In this document: positions 11,405 to 22,814 of the stretch, piece by piece
How positions within the stretch are numbered: the stretch's first letter is position 1
Layout of the letters: the number at the start of each line of letters is the position of its first letter
Origin: Botryllus schlosseri
Lineage: Eukaryota
Length of the DNA stretch: 64,000 bases
Direction of reading: 5' to 3'
Assembly: GCA_051294905.1 (NCBI GenBank)
Contig: CM119383.1
Span: 2,914,001 to 2,978,000 of the forward strand
Translations under genes and position numbers: made by a program
Notes under the pieces: generated by a model
The model's database searches: none
Told to the model about the DNA's origin: nothing
The model's input: the letters and a program-made list of their open reading frames with translations, nothing else

Positions 11405-12546
11405 ACCTAGGCTAAGGTGGGTGTCTGATCTTAATGGCTACTCCAAGTTGTTTCGACACCCTCCTATCTTTTCATTGTATCGCAGTCTTGTGATGTTTTG
11501 AAACGATGAAAATATTAATAAACCTGACTGACTGACTGCACATAACCGACGCAAACTGTGCGCAGTAAACTCAAGATTGCCACTTTCCCTTCATTCCGTT
11601 ATTTTGTTGCGGAAGTCCTCTACGTCTATCCTGACTGCCTATATAGCCTACTCTGGTCAAACAACTTTCGGATTGAATAGCGACGTCTCAAGTTACCAAC
11701 AAGTGCGTACCATACTCAAGGTGAAAATCCTCCAAGGACATTCAAGTGAGAGTAACGGCCAAAACGAGCAATGCGTATATTAGTTAATAACAATCACACG
11801 GTAATTAAAATGATTATATGCAAAGCCGGCAGACATTTCACACTGTACTTACGCAACTTGTTCATTATATGTGTGTTTCGCAAGGGCAAAAGGATTTAAC
11901 ATTTGTAGATTCACAATCGGTTCCACACTTTTGGGCTTCAAGTCCAGCTACGAATCCTGAAATAGGGGGTAGGCTGTGTTGAAGGCTGTGGGCCACGACC
12001 AACAAATAAACGCTGTTACGGCTCGGCCGTGATCGTAAGCATAATACAACGACGAAGAGGCAAGTCTACAAACTAAGCAAATTTGGAGAAACCCATGCAC
12101 TAATGCTATGTGGCATTTTGACTGTAGTCGTATTACATTAGTTTGAATGACATGCCACCGCATATCAGTGGTTGATGCATGGTTGTCCATGTCCACATTC
12201 AAATCAAAATGCAATCAATTTATACTGCAATCTAAAGATTACCGGACCACAATCTGACCAGGGATATCTAGATATCCCTCAATCTGACAAATAGACCTCG
12301 CCTAACGACACATGCAGCATTCATTTTCGTCTTTCCTTTTGTTATTTTTCTTAAATCCAGTGCGCATACCTCTTATTTACATGCTGTAGTAGGCCAAGGC
12401 GGGTGCTGTCTGATAAAAAAACTACCCCAAGTCGTTTTGGAACCCTCTTACCTTTTCAGCATATCGCAATCTTGTGGACTGTTGATTTGATAAAAAATTT
12501 CATAAAATGATGATATACGGCTCCGAATTGCACATGCACTGCACAT

Positions 12547-13203
12547 TAGGGCTCTTCAAAAATGACTTTTTTTCTCAAATCGTACTGGCTACTTGATAAA
12601 ATTGTTAGGTTACCTAATTTAAGCCTACACACAAAATTTGGTTCAAGTCCAGCCAGTAACCGCTTTGCTACAGGAGAAGAAAGTTTCTATTTATTATATA
12701 AAAATAAATAATAGAAAATTTTCTGTTAACCCCATGAAAGCGTAAGGCTGTCTATAGAAACGATGCTCACCAAATTTAGTTTAATTCCAACCGGTGGAAG
12801 CTCAGTTATAGCCGTCGAAAATTTTGGATTTGAATAAAATAGTATTTACGGTGAACACAATTATAATAAATAAATAAAGAATCGGTCACCGTAAATACTA
12901 TTTTATTCGAATCCAAATTTTTCGACGGCAATAACTCCGCTTCCACTGGTTGGAATTGAACCGAATTTGGTGAGCATCGTTTCTATAGACAGCCTAACGC
13001 TTTCATGGGGTTAACAGAAAATTTTCAAATTTTTCATTATTTATTTTTATATAATAAATAAAAACTTTCTTCTCCTGTAGCAATGCGGTTACTGGCTGGA
13101 ATTGAACCAAATTTTGTGTGTAGGCTTAAATTAGGTAACCTAACAATTTTTATCAAGTAGCCAGTACGATTTGAGAAAAAAAAGTCATTTTTGAAGAGCC
13201 CTA
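12547..13203. mobile_element. Long foldback MITE with arms of about 310 bp and an 8-bp TSD (hAT-type)
   Basis: Begins TAGGGCTCTTCAAAAATGAC and ends GTCATTTTTGAAGAGCCCTA; arms complementary almost to the centre (about 12855-12890); perfect TSD CTGCACAT. Confidence 0.9.
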
Positions 13204-13577
13204 CTGCACATACACATACCCGGTAAACAACTTCAATAAAAGACTCTCCTGACGGTAACTGTTCACACAAATGCGGGGTTAGCCTGCCGTTCCTCGCATA
13301 ACTGCATCACACCGCACATCCATTACCATAATTATTCACTAATATTACATAAACTATAGGGTGCGTACTGCGTAGGTTAAATTTCGTTGCATAATTCAAT
13401 ATTGTTGCAGCAATAGCGGATAAACCAGAGTGCAGCTTTTCATAATAATTTGTAAACGGGAGTATGAAATCAACAATAATTGTTTTTTGTTTGTTACAAA
13501 AACGGAATCAGTCAGATAGCATAGGATATTGGAACTAGAAACACGATACAGATCCAAAACAACTACATTTAATCAGA

Positions 13578-16500
13578 CTAGAAGTGCAATATAACGGTGC
13601 GCACGACTCCTGACGAATCTCCGAACGCGACCAATCGTTCCGTGACCGCGCACGCGTTAGTTATCGGGCTCGAGTTGTAGTATTGGCCGATCTGCTTCCA
13701 ACCACCTTTCTCCCATATCTTGATCGTGGAATCGCGAGATGTCGTGATGAAATGCCGCCCGCCATCAAGTATAGAAGTAACTATGTTGTCGTGAATCTTC
13801 ATTTTGGATCCGTTACCCGTGTGATACAAATATCCAAGGTTACTTCCCAGCAGTAGAACTTTTCCAGACTTTTGATCTTCCGCAGCGTGCACGAAACAGC
13901 TGATAAGATCATCCTTATCCAGTTCCACATTTTCCACCGAGACTTCAGTACCTCTGCTGCCATAAACGTATCTGGGATCGTCAAATCCATATTCATCAAT
14001 AACGTTCCGGTAATCACTGCACACAGCATCAACTTTGCAATCCTCGACGTACGAGAACTTTCCAAGTTTCAATACATTACTGCTATCCTCTGTAACAATG
14101 TCGCAATAGCTCGGAACAGCACCACCAAATGCAATTTGGTAGCATTCGCGGGGAGCTCTTGAGGTGTCAACATCTTGGTGAGGATGTGTGTAGTTATAGG
14201 TGTCGATAACGACAATTTTTCTTGTCCTGTTCGCATAATCAGGGTACACATCCTCGACACACCATACCACCTGCTTTCTATCGTAGGAAGATGTTGCAAA
14301 CACATTTTTCCGAAGCCTACACAAATCAGTGATGCATCTGTCGTGAAGTTTGGCTTGGTATTGCAAAGAAAGACGATTGTGGTCCGTAATTTCCCACAAG
14401 TATACATGACCAGCGCTGCATGTGGTAACCAATCCACCGTCCACTGTTGCTACCCCTGTGACTTCACCGATTTGCCTAGTGACGGTGGATGAAACTCCCA
14501 GATCCCAAGCCTTGATCATTCCAGTTGATGCTTGTGAAAGAATATGCGCATCTCCGCATACTTCCAAGGACACAACAGACTTGGCGTGCTCGCCGAGTAT
14601 GTGAATTTGTTGTCCAGTCAAAGGTTTCCACGTTACCAAAGAGGCGTCATTTCCTGCGCACAAGACGTCGAAATTTTGCATTTGCATTCTGGACGCATTC
14701 CTTTTGCTGTTGTTCGCTCCTAATTTTTGCTTGTTGTGTTCATCGTTCCATTCTTCAGCATCAACCTGAGTAGCCCAATCAACATTACGATCTTCGACAG
14801 GATTTCCCGAATTCTCATCGTCCTCATCATCTTCTATACTGCAACGTTGAATGAAATTAACATCACAACAGTTGGTCCTGCTTTGTGTATCAACGCTGGT
14901 GATCAGTGTTCCTTTGCTAGACCACACTTTGACAGTACAGTCTTCCCCACCTGTCGAGACGACACACCCCATTTTATACATCACAGACGTCACTCCTGAT
15001 AAATGCCCCGTCAAAATACGAAGCGGGGTATCGTAACTGTCTTCCTTTACACTACCCGACGATGGTGGGCTTTTCCAGATCTTCAGAGTCGAATCGTTCG
15101 AGCCTGTAACAACAGTATCGTCGAGATCGTGCCATGCGCAACACGTTATCCAATCCTTGTGAGCTTGATGGATGGTAAGAATTGGAGAGATGTTTTTTTT
15201 ACGAGCCCCAGAAGAGATTATATTGACGTTCCTCATTTGATCATCACTAACAACATCCCAGTAGCATAGTTTCCCATCTTTTCCGCCGGACAGCAGCAGA
15301 TTTCCATCTGTATTAAAAGCGAGACAGGTAACCGCGCCTTCGTGTTCACGAGCTGATTTTGAGTGCGACACATTCACAACATCGGTCCTGTCGTTATTAT
15401 CATTGGAATCAGCCAGTTGCGATGTAATATCTTCCAGATTCCACAACAAAACTGAGAAATCTTCACTGCCAGAAGCCAACCACTTCCCAGCACACCCGGA
15501 AGCTAGCACAGGCCCGGTGTGTCCCTCAAAAATCGCCACCACAGCCTTAGAGCTCACATCGACAGCTTTCAAAGTGCTGTCGTAACTACCAGTGATAACA
15601 AGTTCCAATTCAGGCGCAGGGTTCGAATCCAACGAGAACAGAGAATGGAAGATATCGCCAGCTGTCTTTTCTCCAGCAGACGGGCCCCAAGCGACACAAG
15701 AAATCGCAGACTCGTGAATCTTGTCCGAGTATATGGGATACGGCAGTCTTGAATCATACATGCTGAAAATACCTTCATGAAATCCAGCAGCGATGGTCGA
15801 TTTATCGTAGTTATATTTGCAGCAGACAATGTTGTCACGTTCCTCTTTGCTGTCAACATTGTAACGCATAGTTTTCTTCCCAAGCCGAGACCTCCAAACC
15901 GCGATTTGAGCAGTGTCTTCATTTGCACCAGCCCCACCGCTGATAAGATACTTTCCGTCTGCAGAAAACAAGACCGATTCAGGAGATTGCAGGTATGCTT
16001 CACCGAAATTACCAATCGCAGTGCCTGTATCGGAAGTCCACAATCTAACTACGGTCTCATACTTTGAACAAGACGCGACATAAGTCCCGCACGCAGAAAA
16101 CCTCAGCGCAGTGACAGCTTTTGAATGATGACGAATCACCGCTACTCTCTTATGAGTGTGCAAGTCCCAAATTTGAATCGACGCATCCCACAGTCCAGTT
16201 GCTACTCTGGCTCCGTGCGGATGAAAATCCATGCAGTTAACAGGCGATCCAGTCATCACTTGCTTAACGAGACGGTATTTAGTCGCTCCCCAAATCCCAA
16301 TAGACCTATCGTGAGACGCGCTGGCAAAAATAGGCATCGAATTGCCTTGACTTGTTGGACGCACCGCAATCGAAGTAACCGCGTTTCCATGAAGCTTCAG
16401 ATCTGCAATTTTGTGACCGGCCTTAAAATCCCATGCGATCATTGTACCGTCACTTGCAGCTGAGACTAGAATTGTGGTTTTGACAAAACATACAGCAGTC

Positions 16501-19500
16501 ACGGAATTACAGTGACCAAGATAGTCAATAGAGTTCCCGGTACTCTTCTCAATCAATTTTACTTTCCCAGATAGGGTACCGGCCGCAAAATAACGCCCAG
16601 TTCCCAACACAGTAACACAAGTGTGCTCATCTCCGAGTTTGGAGTTTCTGTAAGTCTGAACCACAGAATGGGCCGTTTGATCATGTATTCCGGACTCCAT
16701 GACCACCATGTCAGACTGAGTGTGATAATCGAGCTTGGTCAAAGCATCGCAGCGCGGGTGACTTCCATATTCTTGGTTGATGGCTTCTTGGTATACCATG
16801 TTTGGAAATTTGGTGATAATATCGAGAGTAGATTTTACGAATCTTTCCATCTGCAGCCACGGCTTTGGACTTTCTTCACTTTTCATTCGTTTTGAAATTA
16901 TCCCAGCTTTCTCTTTGAGCAATTCAAAGTCTTCCAGTAAACTCGCGCCGACACCAAGTTTACATTTCAACGCCACAAATTCAATAGAGCTCAACAAATT
17001 TTCCAGGCCTTGTCGCTGTCCAGATTGGGAAAGATGGGTCGGCAGACGTTTCAAGCAGTCCACCAATAAGAAACTATCGACATCATGCTTTGTGGAATCC
17101 CATATCTTTTTCATGTAAAACCCAGCAAGTACCAAGTGGCACTTTTGAACCAATTCGCCTTTGGCAAGGTATTTCTCGAGCAGCACTTTCTGATATACAG
17201 AATGTCTGAGCATGACAGCTCTACCTTGACGAGTTTGTGACCAGGATATGAAAGATTTCAAGGAATTGATTGCATTGAACACGACTACTTTGGGAATATT
17301 GCTGTCGTCGGCTGAAAACCAACAGGATATCGCTTCGTAGAGGTCGTCATCCAAAATCATCCATTTGTCGCAGCAATGTAGAATACCAATAATCGCAGGT
17401 ATCAGATGCGGATATTTGGCAAATTTCGATTCAACTTGTTCCAATTGCCATTTCAACGAACCCACCATATCGTGAGGTATCACTTTCAGTGTTTCGCCGA
17501 GACTTTCAAACGTTTCACTAACGCGGATGATGTCGCAAATATTGGCGAGATACATCGGATTGACGGAGCCCTTTTTAGACATCAGCGCTTGAAGCTGGTT
17601 GTTGAAATGCGATTCGTCCAGTTTTTTGCTGTGTTTGCCGAGCGCGCAACGCACGATATCTCTCTTGTCGGATATTGTCAGTTCCGGAATCGCAATAAAC
17701 GTCACGCAATCCAAATGCTTCAAAGCTTTATATGCGTTCCCTCCTTCGTTACAAGAAACAACCAGAGTGATTTTTTCTTTAGCTATCTTAGTTATCCAAT
17801 CGAGACTGTCGAAATGATCAAGACCGTCCAAAAGTATATGCACAGTACTCTCAGCCGTTGAGTTTATCCTGCGGAAAGTATTTAGCAGCTTTTTGAACAT
17901 ACCGAACAGACTGGCACTTTCATTGTCAACGTTGAAATCCAACTGACACGCATCAGAAATCGCCTTACAAATACAGCGAAGTGCGTTGCCTGCAATTTGC
18001 GAATTCCGAAGTTCAGACTGATTCGCTATAATCGAAGATCCATACGGTAAACGATTGTGGATATTTGCGATTATCGACGTTTTACCGCTGCCTATACCTC
18101 CCACAATTGCCAAGACAGAGTTTTGACCATTCAGAGCTTTGATCTTTCGCATGATAGCGGACATCAAAGAATTTCGGCCAACAAAGTCTTGTTGATACGA
18201 CACCTGCTTGCGCTCACTCGATTCTGTCTGCGTACCAAAATCCATGTCTGCAATCTCTTTTAATTTACTTCTCAAGTCATTCTCCACCAATGCTTCGAAA
18301 TCCTCTAACCCCGAAAGCTTCACTTCGCCATTCTCAATCTTGTCAAATTTCGGCGCGGAAGCGTTCCCAACATAATGACCGCTTTCAAGCACTCGACTCT
18401 TCAGCTGTTTTAATTTACTCGACTTCTTGGAGTCCTGTTCGAAAAACAGGGGTTTCGCTGATTTCGGAATCGACGATTTCATTTCAGATGAATCGCGAAT
18501 GTAGAAAAGGCATATCTTGTTCTCCGAGTCCCGCCGAAAAGCGGCTTGCGCAATTTCCAGTTCTGTAATCGACCTCGATTTGGGATAATCCTCCAACCAA
18601 TCTGATTCATCGTCAGGAAAACCGTAGTCACGCGGCACCCATCCGTAACGATCACCAAGCAATCCGATGAATATGTCACATTTTCTAACCTCGTCCAGAC
18701 AGATGGATATATTCCGCCCAAACCGAGTGTCCTCTCCTGATATCCCCCATCTCAAGTCCGTCTCTAGAACGCGGATTTTCATATTCTCAGCCCACTCGCG
18801 TATCCTCGGAAATATCCAAGACACTAACGCGTCTCTCTCGTTGTTCATGTCTTTTATGGTCGATGATATAAAAACTCGTACCGTCTTCCAAGGCTTGATC
18901 GGTTTTGACACAACAGGCGGCAGACTATCGAAATTATCATCATTATTCTTTAATTCAGCCAAGTTCAACCTCATGTCGACTGTTTCCACGTGCTTTATTT
19001 GAGCTTCCGCGTTCCCGAGGGCGATAAACTTCAAAATCTGATCGCTGTACCCACTGAAAGTGACAACGTCGCTTTCATTCGAGACTGAAGTTTTCTTTCC
19101 ACCGAGGTCGACTTTGTAGCACATCAAACTACTATTCACTTCGCTCTTATACCCTCTCAAAAAGTGACTCAACAAAACATCTTCGCGATCTTTCATCTGA
19201 GAATGCAGCACCACTAAGTTATCCATCCTCACCCGTTCCGTGAGTAATTTACACAAGAATTTTTCAGGCAACGATTTCGAGTGCTCGTGCCACACAAAAG
19301 CAAGTTTCGCAAACGCCACTATCCTTTTCAAATTCTCAAGTATACCGCCCTTCTCCAATTCAACTACTTTGTATGCTGAATCTGAGTAGATGATGAAAGT
19401 ACAAGCTTCGCAAGAGTACGCACACATTAGGCCAAGCAAGATCCCGATATCTCCAATAGTACGGGACGGCCCCAGTCCTTTTGACGTAGTGCAATTCTTT

Positions 19501-21419
19501 TCGAACATTCCAGCTGAAGCTTCACATAGAACAACTGTATGACCGGTGATTGGTGACACATTATTCACGGTTGCGATTTTTACACATTTATTGAGAGCTT
19601 TGCGATATCTGTCGATCATGTCCTCATCGTAACGAAACGCAGATGCATACTTTCTCGCTACAGCTCTTCTGATGACATCTATCTTTTTCTCTTCGTCACT
19701 TTTCGGAGTCGTGTCTCCATATTTTCTTTTGTTTTGATGCTGCTGATGTTTGGTCAAAAAGTATTTGACACCGTGCTGCTTGTACATCTTTTGCTTGGCA
19801 AGTTCTTTCTCCAGATCCTCCAAGGCTTCGTACGCGGAGAAAAATCGAAACGGAAACTGCCTGCTTCTAGACACTGCTTTTTCGTTGGTGAGCGTTTTAA
19901 TAACCTGCTGATGATGCTTTTCCGATATTCCGGCTTGGATCATGTTACGCAAATTTCGCAGCATCGCCATGAAAGGAAGCTTGCGATGGTCCAACAGACT
20001 TTCCCACGTTTTAGCCAGGTTTCCTTTAGCGGAAACCTGAGTCTCCCAAGTCTCGGGTACTTGCAGTTTCATTCTTTTTTGCGACAACGCAGAGTCCCAT
20101 GTTCCTTCCAAGCCGCATTTATAAAATTCCTCCATGCTGACCGGGTATTTTTTACCCAAAATACACATGACAGGGTAAGCGGGTTTCACGATATGTAGTT
20201 TACGGATCAGATACTTCAGCGTGTAGCTAGGAACATACAGCTTCGGAGCTTCATCCTTTTTTTCGCTACTTTCCGTTTTTTTTTGAGTCTTCTCTTTTCG
20301 TTTTGCCTTTTTCGATTTGTCTTTATTGTATTTTGCCAGTTGATACTCGTCAAAATCTGGGAATTTCGCGACCATTATCTTTCTCAAAGCGGTCGGTAAA
20401 TTATTGGTACCGATCTTCCCGTCGGGGTCATTGAGACTTTGATAAAACTCTGCAATTTGAATCCAGTCGGAAGGCAGAACTACAGCCTTCTTGAAATACT
20501 TCTTCAAATACGGTCTGCATTCCGGCACGATTGAAGCTACCGCCGCTAGTAAATTACAGGTAGTACGGATATTCAACTCTGCTCTGCAATACAGTGCGAC
20601 TTTCAACACAAATTCCGGGTCTGACAAGGCAATCTTCTTGCATAAACCAACGATTGTTGATCTGGTGTGATCTTTTTCACTAAACCACACTGGGTTATTG
20701 AGCAAAGACGAACACGTCACCGAAATCAATTTTTCCTTAAGAACAGAAAGTTGCGACTTTACAATCTTAGTAGTTTGTTTCATCAAGTCAGGCGATGGGA
20801 AATTTACTTTGCTAGTCCCTACAAGGTCTGAAATCAACTTCACATCATCTCTACTCAAAGGCTTCTCTTGTGGTACAGGCGGTAACACTGTCTCCTGACC
20901 GGGGGAGCGCACAGTCGGTGCGGTTTCTACGAGGGTTGAAGTTCTCATACTGAAAGATGGAGCCAGCAATGTATTCACGGTTCGAAGTACCGGCCTGTGA
21001 CTTTGTGTCAAGAGCTTGTTCTTTCTGAGATGTCCGAAATCGCCATTCTTCTTACCATCTAACATGGGGTTTGGTATAAAAGTTCTTTTGGTTGGTACGG
21101 TAGAAGTTTTGAGGCGAGTTGACACATCCTTACGAGTCAAATTCCTCTTAAGATCCAAACAACTGTGGGAACTACGCCCAACGTTCGATCCTTTTGTCAG
21201 TTTCTCGAGCAATACATTTCTGGTGTGCTGCACAAGAGTTGGTCTTGCGCTTTCAGATTCAACTTGCTTTATTCGCACTTGCGGAATTGGTGCACGTTGC
21301 AAAAGCGGGTTCTTCAGCGAACCTGACCTTTTCTTCTTGTAGTCATTGAGAATACCGTTGTCTGTAGTGACAACCATGTTGATTGGTATCTTAGTGTAAC
21401 AAGTAGGCCTAAATATCAA
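13578..21419 (-). CDS. TEP1: Telomerase-associated / vault protein TEP1, single uninterrupted ORF
   Basis: TROVE motifs (DPEFVLKVALYCRAELNIRT; KLPFMAMLRNLRN; RQFPFRFFSAY), vWA-like segment, DUF4062 (VRVFISST...DLRWG), NACHT P-loop (GGIGSGKTS), many WD40 repeats. The ORF track starts at a TTG; the first in-frame ATG is at 21377. Confidence 0.93.
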   Translation of the reverse strand: MIFRPTCYTKIPINMVVTTDNGILNDYKKKRSGSLKNPLLQRAPIPQVRIKQVESESARPTLVQHTRNVLLEKLTKGSNVGRSSHSCLDLKRNLTRKDVSTRLKTSTVPTKRTFIPNPMLDGKKNGDFGHLRKNKLLTQSHRPVLRTVNTLLAPSFSMRTSTLVETAPTVRSPGQETVLPPVPQEKPLSRDDVKLISDLVGTSKVNFPSPDLMKQTTKIVKSQLSVLKEKLISVTCSSLLNNPVWFSEKDHTRSTIVGLCKKIALSDPEFVLKVALYCRAELNIRTTCNLLAAVASIVPECRPYLKKYFKKAVVLPSDWIQIAEFYQSLNDPDGKIGTNNLPTALRKIMVAKFPDFDEYQLAKYNKDKSKKAKRKEKTQKKTESSEKKDEAPKLYVPSYTLKYLIRKLHIVKPAYPVMCILGKKYPVSMEEFYKCGLEGTWDSALSQKRMKLQVPETWETQVSAKGNLAKTWESLLDHRKLPFMAMLRNLRNMIQAGISEKHHQQVIKTLTNEKAVSRSRQFPFRFFSAYEALEDLEKELAKQKMYKQHGVKYFLTKHQQHQNKRKYGDTTPKSDEEKKIDVIRRAVARKYASAFRYDEDMIDRYRKALNKCVKIATVNNVSPITGHTVVLCEASAGMFEKNCTTSKGLGPSRTIGDIGILLGLMCAYSCEACTFIIYSDSAYKVVELEKGGILENLKRIVAFAKLAFVWHEHSKSLPEKFLCKLLTERVRMDNLVVLHSQMKDREDVLLSHFLRGYKSEVNSSLMCYKVDLGGKKTSVSNESDVVTFSGYSDQILKFIALGNAEAQIKHVETVDMRLNLAELKNNDDNFDSLPPVVSKPIKPWKTVRVFISSTIKDMNNERDALVSWIFPRIREWAENMKIRVLETDLRWGISGEDTRFGRNISICLDEVRKCDIFIGLLGDRYGWVPRDYGFPDDESDWLEDYPKSRSITELEIAQAAFRRDSENKICLFYIRDSSEMKSSIPKSAKPLFFEQDSKKSSKLKQLKSRVLESGHYVGNASAPKFDKIENGEVKLSGLEDFEALVENDLRSKLKEIADMDFGTQTESSERKQVSYQQDFVGRNSLMSAIMRKIKALNGQNSVLAIVGGIGSGKTSIIANIHNRLPYGSSIIANQSELRNSQIAGNALRCICKAISDACQLDFNVDNESASLFGMFKKLLNTFRRINSTAESTVHILLDGLDHFDSLDWITKIAKEKITLVVSCNEGGNAYKALKHLDCVTFIAIPELTISDKRDIVRCALGKHSKKLDESHFNNQLQALMSKKGSVNPMYLANICDIIRVSETFESLGETLKVIPHDMVGSLKWQLEQVESKFAKYPHLIPAIIGILHCCDKWMILDDDLYEAISCWFSADDSNIPKVVVFNAINSLKSFISWSQTRQGRAVMLRHSVYQKVLLEKYLAKGELVQKCHLVLAGFYMKKIWDSTKHDVDSFLLVDCLKRLPTHLSQSGQRQGLENLLSSIEFVALKCKLGVGASLLEDFELLKEKAGIISKRMKSEESPKPWLQMERFVKSTLDIITKFPNMVYQEAINQEYGSHPRCDALTKLDYHTQSDMVVMESGIHDQTAHSVVQTYRNSKLGDEHTCVTVLGTGRYFAAGTLSGKVKLIEKSTGNSIDYLGHCNSVTAVCFVKTTILVSAASDGTMIAWDFKAGHKIADLKLHGNAVTSIAVRPTSQGNSMPIFASASHDRSIGIWGATKYRLVKQVMTGSPVNCMDFHPHGARVATGLWDASIQIWDLHTHKRVAVIRHHSKAVTALRFSACGTYVASCSKYETVVRLWTSDTGTAIGNFGEAYLQSPESVLFSADGKYLISGGAGANEDTAQIAVWRSRLGKKTMRYNVDSKEERDNIVCCKYNYDKSTIAAGFHEGIFSMYDSRLPYPIYSDKIHESAISCVAWGPSAGEKTAGDIFHSLFSLDSNPAPELELVITGSYDSTLKAVDVSSKAVVAIFEGHTGPVLASGCAGKWLASGSEDFSVLLWNLEDITSQLADSNDNNDRTDVVNVSHSKSAREHEGAVTCLAFNTDGNLLLSGGKDGKLCYWDVVSDDQMRNVNIISSGARKKNISPILTIHQAHKDWITCCAWHDLDDTVVTGSNDSTLKIWKSPPSSGSVKEDSYDTPLRILTGHLSGVTSVMYKMGCVVSTGGEDCTVKVWSSKGTLITSVDTQSRTNCCDVNFIQRCSIEDDEDDENSGNPVEDRNVDWATQVDAEEWNDEHNKQKLGANNSKRNASRMQMQNFDVLCAGNDASLVTWKPLTGQQIHILGEHAKSVVSLEVCGDAHILSQASTGMIKAWDLGVSSTVTRQIGEVTGVATVDGGLVTTCSAGHVYLWEITDHNRLSLQYQAKLHDRCITDLCRLRKNVFATSSYDRKQVVWCVEDVYPDYANRTRKIVVIDTYNYTHPHQDVDTSRAPRECYQIAFGGAVPSYCDIVTEDSSNVLKLGKFSYVEDCKVDAVCSDYRNVIDEYGFDDPRYVYGSRGTEVSVENVELDKDDLISCFVHAAEDQKSGKVLLLGSNLGYLYHTGNGSKMKIHDNIVTSILDGGRHFITTSRDSTIKIWEKGGWKQIGQYYNSSPITNACAVTERLVAFGDSSGVVRTVILHF

Positions 21420-22814
21420 ACCATAATAAGTTAGGAGTCTGTAGAAAATGGAAAAAGCGATATATGTTATAACGATGGCTCATGAAATTATAGGCTAAAG
21501 CACGAGACTATAGCAAATTCATCATCAAGCTTTATAATGGCAACACAAACTAAAATAATCGCATACCATATCATTGAAAAGAATATAAATTATAAATGAA
21601 TTCACATTACTGATAACCTTTTCAAAGAAATTGGTGCAAGAATTAATTTTACTTAAGTCAACGGAAAATCTTTTGAGACCAGGAATATTGCTAATATGAG
21701 GCATAGTATTCGATGTGGCACTGTGTGCCTGACACAGTCAATAAGTCATGGTTTCCATTGTTGAAGCGTTGAGACGGAAGTTTCAGATGATTGCAATAAA
21801 GGAGAAAGACTTCAATGAGAGTGAATAGTAGAAAAAACTATCGAGTATATCACATACTCTTATATATTGCATTCTTATGCAGGAGAAGGCCGATAAATAA
21901 GGAGACAAGGAAGATCAATCACTAGGTTATTAGCCGAATATGCTGGTAACAATAACATCCACAAAACAGGGATAGTCACACCGTGAAAGAAGTCATTAAA
22001 ATGACCTCGAGTTTTCACAGTGAAAAAAAGGAGGGCAAAGTAAACTTGCACTCACATGAGAATTGTTCATCAATATAGATTGTAACACAATAGGCAGCAT
22101 TATTGTACAATACTGATCTGTAAGGTGCTAAGATTAATGGATTATCCATGCTTAGCATAGATAACAGGTCTATTTACACAGTCCATTGATTAATCGCTGT
22201 AATTATTTGCGTATCCTACTCTACTGCAACAAGCATATTGATGTAGTCAATGAACTTCACTAACGATGCATAGGACACCATCTTCTTAAACTTGCAGCAA
22301 ACACATGAAAATTAAATTCGGAAAGTTAGAGCTTCGCTAGATGATATTTTCTTATACAGATAGTTGAAATTTACATGCAAGTATACCGAATCAATTTCCT
22401 GTTTTGAATGATAATAATGACAATCAACACTTTGCGATGATGTGGTATAGCATTTTGTAACACACAGCCATAAACTAAGAATTTACTACGATTGACATAA
22501 ATTCAATGAGGGTATTTCGAACTCAAGCAGCAACAGTGATAAAGCTAGCAGCTGCATGAACAATCTCAGGGATACTGTCTGCCAAAACATTGATGAATGC
22601 ATTCATACCGACACATTAGCTACAAGACAAGAATATGAACCAAAATAGAATACCCATATATGTATATATTACTTCTTACATCACTTGTATAAAATGTCAA
22701 GAAATACAATCGGCGTAGTAGAATATCAAACACTATTGAATATCCGCATAGCAGATGATCAACTAGTGAGAGCTAAAATTAAAACAAGTACACAAATTGT
22801 TCATTTAGCTTTCC

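Noticed and set aside
11948-12214. 88-aa minus-strand ORF as a possible first exon of the CUB-vWA gene
   Set aside because: A better signal-peptide exon with an in-frame upstream stop and a GTGAGT donor exists at 9927-9849.
21420-22814. Possible vault RNA or other Pol III gene beside TEP1
   Set aside because: Only a partial box B-like AGTTCGAAAT (reverse strand, about 22515); no box A or terminal stem found.
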